The position numbers and the translations under genes are program-made. The notes below the pieces were generated by a model. That model was not told where the DNA came from. It made no database searches and saw nothing but the letters and a program-made list of their open reading frames with translations. Below, piece after piece: positions 51,015-62,000 of a stretch of DNA of 62,000 nucleotides (position 1 is its first letter; every line of letters begins with the position of its first letter). Origin of the DNA: Vicugna vicugna (taxonomy: Eukaryota); contig MU057724.1 in NCBI GenBank assembly GCA_013265495.1, forward strand, positions 434,001 through 496,000, read 5' to 3'.

Positions 51015-51770
51015 CTAGGCTTTTGCTTTTGCTTGGTGGTGATCACGAGGCTTACGTAGAACATGTTGTATCGATAACAGCCTATTTTAAGCTGAAAACA
51101 ACTTTGAAAGCATGCAGAAGCGCCACGTGTTTACACACCCCCTCCCGTGTTGTTTTTGGTGTCGCAGTTTCTGTCTTTCCACGTTGCATGTTCGTTAACA
51201 AATCACTGTAGGCTGCTGCGGGTTGTAGCTGTCTTCAACACCTTGTCTGAGCCTTCTCACTGCAGTTGTGGGTGACTTGCCTTCCGCTACTACATTAGGG
51301 CGTTCTGAGTATAACCGTGTGCTTACCTTTACTAATGAGCTTTATCTTCAGTACGTTCTCCGGGTACTAGTTAATACCCTTTTACTTTAGCTTGAAGAAC
51401 TCCTTTTAACATTTCTTGTGTTGATAATCTCGCGACGATAGGCCCCTTCAGCTTTGTGTGTCTGAAAGCTCTTCGGCTCTCGTTTAACGTTAAGGACAGC
51501 CTTGGCAGCAGTGGCCTGGGCTGGCGGTTTCCTCCCAGCACTTTGAAGGCATCTTGCCGCACCCTTCTGGCCTGCAAGGAGTTTGCTGGAAAACCTCTGC
51601 TGGTCCTGTGGGGGGTCCCGGGTATGGAGTCAGTTGCTTTTCCCCTGCTGCTTTTAGGGTTCTCTCCTGTCTTTCGCTTTGACAGTTGAGTCGTGCTGTG
51701 TCTCCGTGTGGGTCTTTCTGGATTCGTCTCGTTTAGGGCCTCTGCGCTTCCGGGCTCTTTCCCCAAGGCT
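51015..51770 (-). mobile_element. LINE-1 ORF1 C-terminal/inter-ORF remnant
   Basis: Minus-strand ORF 51371-51766 contains NPERPTRRH...LQARRVRQDAFKVL...QPR...QEMLKGVL, a decayed L1 ORF1p C-terminus. Confidence 0.8.
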
Positions 51771-53338
51771 GTCTCTTTCCCTGTTGCTCCTGTGCGTACG
51801 CTGTCTTGTCCTCTTCGAGAGTAACTGCCTTTCCCCCCTTTGTTGCTGTTACATCCTCAGTCCCTAGAAAGTTGCTTAAAGTGCGTGCTCAGCGAGTACG
51901 TGGTTAATGCCCAGGTGACGATCTTGCTGCAGTTAACAACAGGTGTTTCAGAAGAGGGGCTGCTGATTGTGCCAGAAAAGGTAGCCTGGCTGGAGTCGGG
52001 GTTCACGTGAAACCCGTTCTTTGCTAAATGGACCGAAGGGCTCATCCTGACTGGGAGCCGGTGGTTCAGACAAAGCCTTGTGGGAGCCCGGGTTTCGGAG
52101 GGTAATGCTGTTTGGGCAACAAGGTTTTTATCTGATGGAGTCTTTGTGCCGCATTTGTTTGCTCCAATTTATGTACTTATTTGTTTGAGTTTTTTGGCTA
52201 TTTGAGTTTTTACGGACTCATGAACAAATACACGTGTGGAGAGAGTAGACGTGTGATATCATGTTGTACCTTGTCGTTCTCTGGGAATTCTCGGAGTGGC
52301 AACTCCCCTGACTGTGATTGACAGCCCTGGAACCTGGAAAATGCAGCTGGGCGTTTTGGAAGGCCCGGGGGGATGGTGTGCAGACTTCAGTTTTCCAGAG
52401 AGGAAGGACGACTGATGGCTCGTGGTCAGGTCAGTGACATCGAGCAGCTGTTTCTCTGTGTAAAGACGTCGAGCTGGAGGCCCTTGGGGTGCAGAGACGA
52501 GACCCATGTTCTCCGCCCTCAGAGCGCGCAGCTCTGCGATGCTGCACAGAGCTCGGCTGTGGGAAGGGGAGACGTGAAGCCTGTTTGGTGTTTCCACGAT
52601 GAAGGAGCACGTCTGGGAAAGTGCTTGAGAAAGCTGTGTGGAGAGTTTTTATCGGAGAAGAACTTTGGAGAATGGGTAAAGGCAGCTCCACAGAGGAGGG
52701 AGGGGGAGGCGTGCGGATCAGGACAGAGCGAGGCGGCTGTGAGGAGCTGGGCTGTGCGGGGTTGAGGGTCAGGGGTTGGTGGGCAGGAAGGAGGCCATGG
52801 GAGGGAATAAGTATGTCAAGTCAGTGACAGTGACCCTTGGCCTGGGTACTTCGTCCGATCTCAGTGGCAACAGGTGATTTCAGCACAGCAAGAAAATGTG
52901 AAAACCTCGATAATTCTGTCACCACTCACTAGCCAAGTGACCCGCTTGTCAGAATCCTCGTGCCACAGGCCACACCCCTGGGGAACTCACGTTGTTCTAG
53001 AGGCCAGGTGTGTGCTGGATTCCAATGGAGCGGCCGGGCTCAGCAGTTGTGACTGGGGACCCCACGCTGCGTAGGGTTGTGGAGGGGTTGTGTGTGTGTG
53101 AGCACCGGGGGACGACCAGACAGTGGGACGCGCAGGAGCCCCTTTGAGCCCTAGCAGGATGCTAAGGGTGCTCTAGGAAGTGGCATCTCCTAAGGGTTTG
53201 ACTGGATCTGGTTAGAGAGCTGTCTGAAGGAGTGTGCTGTGCGGGGTCTCGCAGACGACTGGGAGGACAGAGAGACAGAGGTCAGCTCGAGGAGCCGCGC
53301 GTCCTCAGGGAGGGTCTCTCGCCCGACTGCGCTGTGAA

Positions 53339-53406
53339 CCGGGCCCCCGCGTCCCCGGGCCCTCCGCGTCCCCCGGGCCCCCGCGTCCCCGGGCCCTCCG
53401 CGTCCC
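53339..53406. repeat. GC-rich minisatellite (16-18 bp unit), truncated by gap
   Basis: Four copies of gggccc(t)ccgcgtcccc(c) run directly into the N gap. Confidence 0.85.
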
Positions 53407-53515
53407 NNNNNNNNNNNNNNNNNNNNNNNNNNNNNNNNNNNNNNNNNNNNNNNNNNNNNNNNNNNNNNNNNNNNNNNNNNNNNNNNNNNNNNNNNNNNNN
53501 NNNNNNNNNNNNNNN
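53407..53515. other. Assembly gap (109 N)
   Basis: Run of N. Confidence 0.99.
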
Positions 53516-54004
53516 TCAGTCACATCAGCGCGCCAGCTCTGAGTCCTTCCGAACACGTCTCCTACTCTGATTCAGAGACTTCTCTCCCTTGTCGTCAGAA
53601 ACTGCTCATCCAGCAGGGAAGGTGTGAGAGGTGACTGGGGTGTGGGGGGCCCGCCCCGGGTCAGGGTGGGACCTGGAGGAGGGGCTGTGGGCGCCTTGGT
53701 CCTGCGCCTGCTCCAGGCACGGACCGGGGTGGGGGAGCTGGGCGAGGCAAGTGGAGGCCGTGTGTGTGATGCGCAGCAGGGCCAACGGCCTTAGACCCCC
53801 AGGGGTGTCATCAGCACTGCCCAGGTGACGGGCTTCTGGTCTGGCTCCCGGCCCCTCCCCGAGGGCTCCCTCCGTCTCCCACCCCCTCCATTTCTGCGGA
53901 ACATCAAGAAAAACCTCTTAGCTCACAATCTTCCTTGAATCCCTCTGAACATACCTTGTGTGTGGTGGTTGCCTCCAGGCTAGGTTAGTTTTCCTTCATT
54001 CTCT

Positions 54005-54090
54005 CTTTTTTTTATTTGTTTGTTTGTTGGTTTTGGTGGGGATAGGAATTTAGGTTTGTTTATTTCCTTCCTTTTCTTTCTAATGAAGGA
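54005..54090 (-). mobile_element. 5'-truncated SINE tail (same family as 4780-4914)
   Basis: 'tttgttggttttggtggggataggaatttaggtttgtttattt...taatg' resembles the antisense tail of the other SINEs. No tRNA head is present. Confidence 0.45.
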
Positions 54091-57000
54091 GAGGTTGGTG
54101 CAGCGCCAGAGGACAAGGAACACCGGAGGTTCTGACGGGCTGGGAGGGCAGACGGTGGGTGTTCAGAATTCAGAATACTGGTGATCAAATCTGGAGGGCT
54201 TACGGTAAATGGCACGTAAATATACAGCTCGACAGAGTTCACACTGGGGACTGAGGGCGCGAGGGAATTCCACGCATGGTAAGAGCTCCTTGGCGGTGGC
54301 TGTCGTGTGAATTTCCAAGCCAGCTTCAAGGAGTTGTCTCGCCTTGTGTTCTCCTTCCACAGACAGTAATGACTCCCCATCAGCAGCGCAGTGATAAACG
54401 TGCGATCTGTGAATGAGTCATAAACGGTAGACCACGGTCCCTGGCCGAAATGCTCATTTCCTGAAGAAAATACACTGGGAAAAGTTTAAATAAAACACTC
54501 AACAGTCTTTTTAATGTTTTAATTGTTGGTTTGGTGCCAGTTCTCTTTTACTAGACAAAAATTCAGTCATTAAAAAAATGGCGCCAGGGCCATGACTGGA
54601 TGGCGGCCAGTAAATGTTTACGGGCACCGCCGTCGGGGCAGCGCTCCGCCGAGACTGAGCCGCGTCGCTGCCTGGGCTCTGCGTGGTTTGGGGGAGTGTG
54701 ACGGGATGTCTCAGTTTTAGCTGCTCTCTCCCCTCCTTCCTTCCGCCTGCTCCCTCCCTTCACAGACGAGCAAGACAGGTGGCCTGGGCTTCCTGGAGCT
54801 TCTCTTCTGGGGGATGAGAGAAAATCAGGGCAAAAAGACATTCATGGCTCCAGAGGGTGACGGGCGCCTCGTGAGAACCGGCTGCAGCCAGAGTACTGAG
54901 TACTGAGGGGCCGCCGTGCGGGAAGTCTTGGACTTGGACTGGAAAGGTTCCGCAGGGCAGCCCCTCGGGGGGCGGGTAGTGCCACACAGTCCTCCCGAGA
55001 CCCAGCCCCGTCCTTCCCACCTGAGGGCCCGATGGCAGCTTCAGGACTGTGTGTCCTCTCCTGTGTGAGGGGCCCTGCAGGGTCTCAGTTTGGGAGACAG
55101 TTTATTGTTGAGACTGAGGCGCAGGGAGGCTGGGTCCCCGAGGCTGACTCCGCGGTGCTCCCGGCCCCGAGCGTCCACAGCTGCCTCTGTCCCTTCACTC
55201 CTCTAGGTGCTTCGGCCTGGCACCAGCCCCTGTCTGGACTGTGGAATTCTCTCTGCTAACGGGTGTGACCTTACAGGACTCGTGGTGATGACCAGCAAGT
55301 CCCCAGATGAAAAACCACGTCTAAGTGTCTACAGATGTTACTTTTTAAATTCTATTTTGTGTTACAAGTAATAATTCCTGGTCATGCCTGAGGCCCTCGT
55401 TTCTGTCTCCGAGCTCCAGATGAGACCCCAGGCCACCGGCTCTGCGTTTGCACCCACAGTCCGCAGGACCTGGTGTCAGCCTGCCGTCACGTTTACAGAC
55501 CGGAAGGCCCGTCCAGATGCTTGAGGTGCCTGGATCTCTTCCATGCAGAAAGGGTCTTCCACCCGGACACTCCCCTCGGAGCGGGCGCCTCCTGGGTGCT
55601 GTTAGAGCCCAGTGACTGGTAAGACTTGAGGTTTTGTAGCCAGAAGCTCACCTTACTGACCTCCGCCCTTGGAGTCTTAGAGACTCCAGTCACTCAAGGA
55701 TCCAGGAAGCTCGTGTGAGCCCAGGTTTCCTCGGAGGTCACGCTCTCTGTAGACTGCTTCGTCATTGTTGGAGTCCATCCTCAAATGCACCCGTCAGCCG
55801 TGCCTTCATTGCCCTGGGCGACGGATGGCATGCTGTCCCCTCCAGTCTCTGAGGCGACCTGAGGATGCCTGGCAGGGTTCAAGGCACTTTACGCCTGCAG
55901 AAGCTGGAGATGTGTGTGTCTTGCTGCCTGAGTCCCGGCGGGGGCACTGGGATGGGGCCCGGGCAGGCAGCCCTGAGCGTGGCTGGGCGCAGAGTTGCTG
56001 CCTGGTTCCTGGCTGGTGCTGCTTCTTCCCGGGGGACATGACCGTCCTGTGAATCCCTGGCCATCACCTGTCACCCCCGCCTGGCCCTGCCGTGTCCCCC
56101 AAGGTCTCAGCCCTTGTGTCTGGAAACTCCTGTTTCCAGCTAATGGCCTTTCCTGTTGCCGCCTGGCCCTGGAAGTGTCGCCACTACACAGAGCCGTGCT
56201 GCCGTCCCCTCCGATGGCCGCCCCCAGCTCTCCTGCTGCGGCCGCAGCCCTGGCCGGCCCCCACCTGCCCCTCCTCCCCAGGCCGCGGCTGGCTGGGCTG
56301 TGCGGCCTCAACAGCGACCTTGGTCCTGCAGCCCCCGGTCCAGATCTGGCCACCACCTGTTTCTGTCTGGCCTGAAGGCTGAGAATTGAGCCTGCATTTT
56401 GATGAGTCAGCATCTTTTGATGACGCGTTCTATTTGTGACACGTGGCAGTCACACAAAATGCCGGTTTCAGCGCCGGTGAATCAGCGTCACCTGGGTGTT
56501 TCCCGGTGCAGGGCGGTGGCCAGCGGTCAGCGTGTAGGCTGAGGGGCCCGTAAGCCCCATTCACTCACCGTGATGGCGCTTTACAAAAAGCTGGACAAAT
56601 TCCGGTCTCCACAATCTTAATCTTTCCGAAAATCTTTGTTTTACTCCACTTTTTTGTTGCCAGTGTACTTTTATCTTCTTCAAGTTTCTTTATTATTCCA
56701 AAAGGTAAAAAAATCAAAACTGAACATACAAACAAAACCCCTCAGACCCCCCAGATTCTGTCCTCTGTGGCTTTATATGCCAGTTTAATGGAATTTTTAT
56801 TCCTGTGAAAAGTTTGCTTCATCCCAGATTATACACTGAACGCCTTCCTCCCTCTACCCGTCCTTACATATTTCTGCATGTAAGTTCGGCATCCTTTTAA
56901 GCCTAAGGTTTGAGCGACTGTCCTATGAAAATGTCCCGTGCGTGGCTTCCATGGCTGCTCAGCTTCAAGAATGTAGTGAGTCAGGGTGTCACAGAGAAGC

Positions 57001-58697
57001 AGCTTTCTCAGCTCATCACTGAGCACCCAACGTTAAGGTGACGTAATTTTCCGTGAAGTCACAACCACCTGATGGTTCGCAGCTACCCTGGTCCTCAGAC
57101 CCCAGTGAGACTGAAAACAGGCAGGGCCGGCGGCTGGGGTCCGCGTGGGAATTCCGTCCTGGGGGGGCAGGTGGCTGCGGCCTGTGCCGCGTCGGGTGCG
57201 CCTGGGGCTGTTTTCTTGCCTTTTGGGTCAGTCGGGTCTTACTGACCAAAGAGTAGGTTCCTGGAGAACATTCTGTGCTGGAAGGTCATCTGGACACTTC
57301 CCCCAAACAAATGAAATCAAATCAGGTAAGTGCGAGCTCGCGGAGAACAGCAGGAGGACCAGGGGCCCTGAGAGACGACGGGTGAGGCCCCGTGGAGGGC
57401 CGTGGCCAGAGCGCCGCAGAGTCCACCCCAGGCCGCGCGTCCTGTTAGCGTGGGACCTGCTGAGCCCCTGCACGTGGGTGTCTGCCCGACCGCCGCCCAC
57501 GGGCAGCCTCCTCCAGATGCTGTGGGGCCTCGTCTGGGCTTCCCAAAACGAGCGTGTTGTTACCTGCCACCCGCAGAAGTCAGTTCACCCTGGGCTTGCG
57601 TTGTGTTTGTAAGGACTGCTCGCCCACGGGGTCGCCCCGGGAGGAGAGGCCGTGTGTGCGGGAAGACCCCGTGGATCTCAGGAGTGGCCCGCCTCTCCTG
57701 CAGCCTCTCCTGGAGCTCCGCTCAGTGGGTTTTCCGTGGGTTTCATACCCAGTTGCTTATCGCAGCAGAATTAAGATATGCCTAAATGTTTGTAAAGCGT
57801 ATTATTCTGGAAGTTTGGGGAAGGAGAGAGACTCTTCTGCTTCTCTGTGTAGTTTACTGTCTTTCAGGCCACGTGGTCCTGGAGTAGGAATAAAGCCGCA
57901 AAGAGAGCAGCTCGGGGATGCTTCCCGTGTATCCTCCACACAGTCAGAGTCTGGGGCCTAGTTCTCGCTTGGTTTCCTGCTGTTTCTGGGAGTCTCCAGG
58001 GGCTGCCTCCCGGGCCCGGTTCTCTGAGCCACGTGGCCTGTCAGTTCCCAGTTCCCTGCTCTGGGTTCGGGGTGTTTCCGCCCTGGGTTCCCTGGTGGCC
58101 TGAGCCCCCACATCTTGTGGACCCTCCGTCCAGCCTCCCTGATGGCTGGGGTTCGCGGGCCACGCGTGTAACATGTAAAGTTCAAATCGGACTAACAGAC
58201 GGTTACCGCGTGTACATACTCTGTTCTTCTTTCTGTCACACGCCTTCATAATGACCAAGTAGAAACATGTGGAGCTACAGTTTTTGTGTGACTGAAAGCA
58301 AATCGGCAAAGATGAGTTTAGTTCCTATTCCACATACCTGAGTGTTCTGTAGATGTTTGAATGAATAATAAAGAAAATACACACAATTAATACATACTTA
58401 TCACATACAGCTTGTTTTTTCTTGCCTTATTTCAGCTAAATCATGACTTACACAGCAGTAATAAAGATTTTTGCATAATGTGTGTTCAGTTAATAATAAT
58501 GCTGTCAGTTATTAAAATGGAAACATTTTTATAAAAATGTAGATTGAAACAAGTGTAAAATTCTTTAAAATTTTTTTTAGTGTATTTGTGGGAAAGGGTG
58601 AACCACAAGCGTCCTTCTGCTCTGCCATCTTACTTCTCTCCCTAAAATTATTTTTTTATGTTTTTGCAAAGGATTTTTCTTTTTTACATCCAAAAGA

Positions 58698-58850
58698 TTT
58701 TTTTATTGAAGTGTAAGGTTTGCAATGTTAGTTTCAGCATACAGCAAAGTAGTTCTGCTGTATACATATACATACATATATGTTTTTTCATTTCAAATTC
58801 TTTTCCATTATATGCTATTATAAGAAATTGAAAATACTTCCCTGTGTGGA
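58698..58850 (-). mobile_element. Artiodactyl-type LINE-1 3' end fragment
   Basis: 'ttttattgaagtgtaaggtttgcaatgttagtttcagcatacagcaaagtag...ttcttttccattata...atacttccctgtg'. Confidence 0.75.
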
Positions 58851-61622
58851 AAGTATCTTTCCTTTAAAATATTAAAAATTAAAATACAAAATGCAAATTT
58901 CAAAAATGAGTGTCCATTTAAAATAATTATTGACCAAAAGCTGAAAATTTAAATTTAAAAAATCTGATAATCTAATATCATACATATTTTTATTGTGTTT
59001 ATATTTTTATAAACATAAACCAGTTTGTAGGACAGTGCCTGTCTTGTTGCTGATGTGAAGAACTGGTCGTGTTTCATGCGTGGTATGTCTAGACCCACGA
59101 ATGCAAATTTAAGAGTGATGTGAACTGAGACTGCAGACTCTGTGTGTTTTCCCAGGGACGGCGGTGCCTATGGCACAGACCTGCGGCTCCCTCAGGACCG
59201 GCGAGTGGGCACCCCTGCGGCTCGGTGCTCTGCCACCCAAGAGTCTGCTGTGTTGTGATGGCGGGTTGAAAAGGTAGGTTAACCGTTCTCGCACGCGTGT
59301 GACTGTCCGTCCGTCCTCACACCTGAGCGTCCCCCTGTGGGCAGTGGCTCAGCCCCCACACCTGCGCGGCATCCGGTCGCGGCCCCTTTGGGCTGAGATG
59401 TTGGGCCGGAGGCAGAGATGCTGTGGCTGGGCCGGCCCTGCACCAGACCCCTTGCGGAAAGCGTATCCTTGGCGTTGTGTCCCCTTCTGGCTTGCTGCCT
59501 GCTCTTCAGGACCAGCAGAATGGGTCCAGCTCCTAGGCTGTGGGCCTTAGATTGCGCTGAACTGGGGAGAGTTTCTGCCTGTGGCTTGTGCTTCTTCCCT
59601 TCGTAACCAGAGTGGACGTGTGCCCTTGACGTCCCGAGGAGGTCAAATGAAGCAGCTTTGATTTCTGCTGGCTGTGTCCAGTCCTCTCTTGCTGGGAGCC
59701 AGGCAGGAGCGCAGGGGGCTGGGTGGAGGGGCCGTCCGTGTGCAGAGACCGGACCCGGTGGCTGGTCCTCCCTGGATCCAGGCGCATCTGTGGGTCTGGA
59801 TGCTCTTCTCGCGTGAAGGAGTCTTCCTAGGACGCCTGACCCTCATGCAGACACCCCCTCCTGGGCTCCTCCATCTGTCCTCCAGACGTCCACCCGCGAA
59901 ATGCCTGAGCTGTTGCATCATGGTTGTGTGCTTTTGCAGCATATGGAAGCAAGACAGCGTATAAGCCATCGGTTTGCCATCCGCGTAACGTCTCTTTAAC
60001 AAGATGAGGTAGATTTAATAGCTTTGGGGACGTTTTCATTGTCTTTCATTGCTTGTTTTTCCTAGGGAAGGGAACTCCTGGTTCGGTGTTCAGACATCAC
60101 ACGGTGCCCTTTTTCTTAATTTTCATGTCAGTCCTGCCAGGCTGTGGTGGTTTTCTCCATTTTTTTTTTCAGATGAGAAGCAGAGTTTTATAGAAATTGA
60201 GTGATTTGCTGTTAGTAAGTGCCAACATCAATATTTGAATACTGGTTGGTTTGATTTTAAAGCCTTTTTGTGTGTGTGTGATAAACTGTCTCTTGGTTTT
60301 CACTGCCACCAGTAAATTCCACTTAGAAACCTTAAATGGGAACCCAGATTACTTCTGCTAATGGAATCTGGGGAATGAACGAGTCTGTGTCACTTAAAAG
60401 CTCTCCGTAATTATCCCCTTCGACTCAGTGCTTCCGGGATCCGCGAGACTGCGTGGACTGATTTCCTGGGGCTCTCATACACGGGAACCTCGGTTATGAT
60501 TCATCGAAAACCAAAATATCTACAATACAGGGTTCTGATTGTGGGATGGGAGCTGGTGAGGACATTTAGAGGACAGCACAGGAGACTGGGAGAACACTGA
60601 CTGATCGTGCGAGTCTTCAGAAACGTTGGAGACTTGAGAGCAGGGGAGGGTCTGCTTGGTGGACCAGGGCTGACGACGTGTCAGACGAGGTCACCCGGAG
60701 GTGCAGAGGTCCAGCAGGCCACAGACACGCGAGTAGGTGTCTGTATTTTGTTTCAGAAGTTCACTCTGCTAGCAGGAGCTGGAGGAGTGTGAAGAAAGTG
60801 GTAAAATAAAGGCAAGAGTTGGGAGAGGGGTCTTGTCAGCCAGAGTGACGGTTCTGAGGACTGAGACCTGCCAGGCTGCATGTCACGAGGGTGCCACACG
60901 GTCTGGTCTCGGGGCCCTGCAGGTCTTGGGAGTCCTTCGAGCCCTCCGCATGGCACGAGGTCACCTTGGACAGAGCTGGCCTGCGTGGTTCAGGTGAGAG
61001 GGGACGTGGCGGTCCCCAGCTGAGGCCAGAAGAGATGGGCTGGGGCAGTCTGGAGCCAGAGGAAACAGACACTATGGCCCGGGCAGGGAGCTGGGTGGAT
61101 GGGGCAAACCCTGACACCAGTGAGGGGAGCTTTTCGTCTGCGTGGGCTCCTTGGTCCCATGTGTGGACTGCACAGTGCCATCCTCTGCACACACTGAGGG
61201 GATCCATATGGGGTCGAGGTGGTCCCTGTTCCAACACAGAGAAACAGGTGACTGCCTGTGACTTTACCGCCAGAAGCTTCTGTGTCGCTGATGAGGACTG
61301 ATGCCCAGCAGACCCCGAGAGCAGGACTGTGGTCCCCTGATGTGGGAGCAGCAGGGAGCCCACAGTGAGGGGAGCAGTGACCGGCTGGGCAGCGTGAGGT
61401 TTGCGCACTGCCAGTCATGCGGGTTGTGGGTAATGGGCCCTCTCCCAGCCATGGGCTGTGTTGGGGGGGGAGAGAATGCATTGGGGGCTCGGTGGTTAGA
61501 CCTTGTCTCATGCCCCCTGCCCCGTGGAGAGGCCTATCTGCTCTCTCTTCTCTGAATCAGAGCTGACACCTCAGCTGGCCATGTGGGCAGTCACAGAGGG
61601 CGTCATTGTGGCCCTGGCCCCG

Positions 61623-61825
61623 GGCCAGTGCTGGGTGCTCCTGGACCAGTGCTGGGTGCTCTCAGGCCAGTGCTGGGTGCTCCTGGGCCAGTGAGGGTGA
61701 TCTCAGGCCAGTGCTGGGTGCTCCCGGGCCAGTGCTGGGTGCTCTCAGGCCAGTGCTGGGTGCTCCTGGGCCAGTGAGGGTGCTCTCAGGCCAGTGCTGG
61801 GTGCTCCCGGGCCAGTGCTGGGTGC
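61623..61825. repeat. Minisatellite, 21/20-bp unit, about 9.8 copies
   Basis: Unit ggccagtgctgggtgctc(ctg/tca/ccg), with a 20-bp variant ggccagtgagggtg(a/c)tctca at the 4th and 8th positions. Confidence 0.95.
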
Positions 61826-62000
61826 AGGCTGTGACGCGGAGCTGAGCGCCTGACTCTTGCGGCTGAAGATCTAGGTCTTACACAGGGTCAGGGCGGGCAG
61901 GTGAGGCGTCAGAACAGCTGGGCTGCATTTGGGGGAGTAGCAGACTCTGAGGGTCGTGTTGAAACAGCGTTGGTTCTCTCTCTTCTCCGTTTGTCCAGAG

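Noticed and set aside
51371..51766. Domesticated L1 ORF1-derived gene
   Set aside because: Partial, frameshift-scrambled ORF1 similarity with no sign of preserved coding capacity.
61623..61825. CRISPR-like array
   Set aside because: Contiguous repeats without unique spacers, in a mammalian genome with no cas genes.

Overview
Eukaryotic (mammalian) genomic DNA, most likely a camelid, inferred from its tRNA-derived SINEs. The only supportable protein-coding gene is UBE2V2 (MMS2), on the + strand. Its last three coding exons are 9744-9892, 14130-14255 and 21200-21346, followed by a 3' UTR with several AATAAA signals; exon 1 and the promoter are not in the window. The remaining ~40 kb is intergenic. 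It holds decayed LINE-1, MaLR/ERVL/ERV1 LTRs, MIRs and SINEs, a CpG island at ~38.5-39.4 kb with no recognisable gene, a solo LTR with intact termini just upstream of that island, three GC-rich tandem repeats and two assembly gaps. Nearly all ORFs in the supplied track are spurious GC-rich or repeat-derived frames. I found no evidence for a novel protein-coding system. The best leads are regulatory or evolutionary: the orphan CpG island with its LTR, an inverted SINE pair in intron 1, nested transposons and GC-shifted old repeats. Repeat family names come from recalled consensus sequences, not a database search, and boundaries without target-site duplications (TSDs) are approximate.
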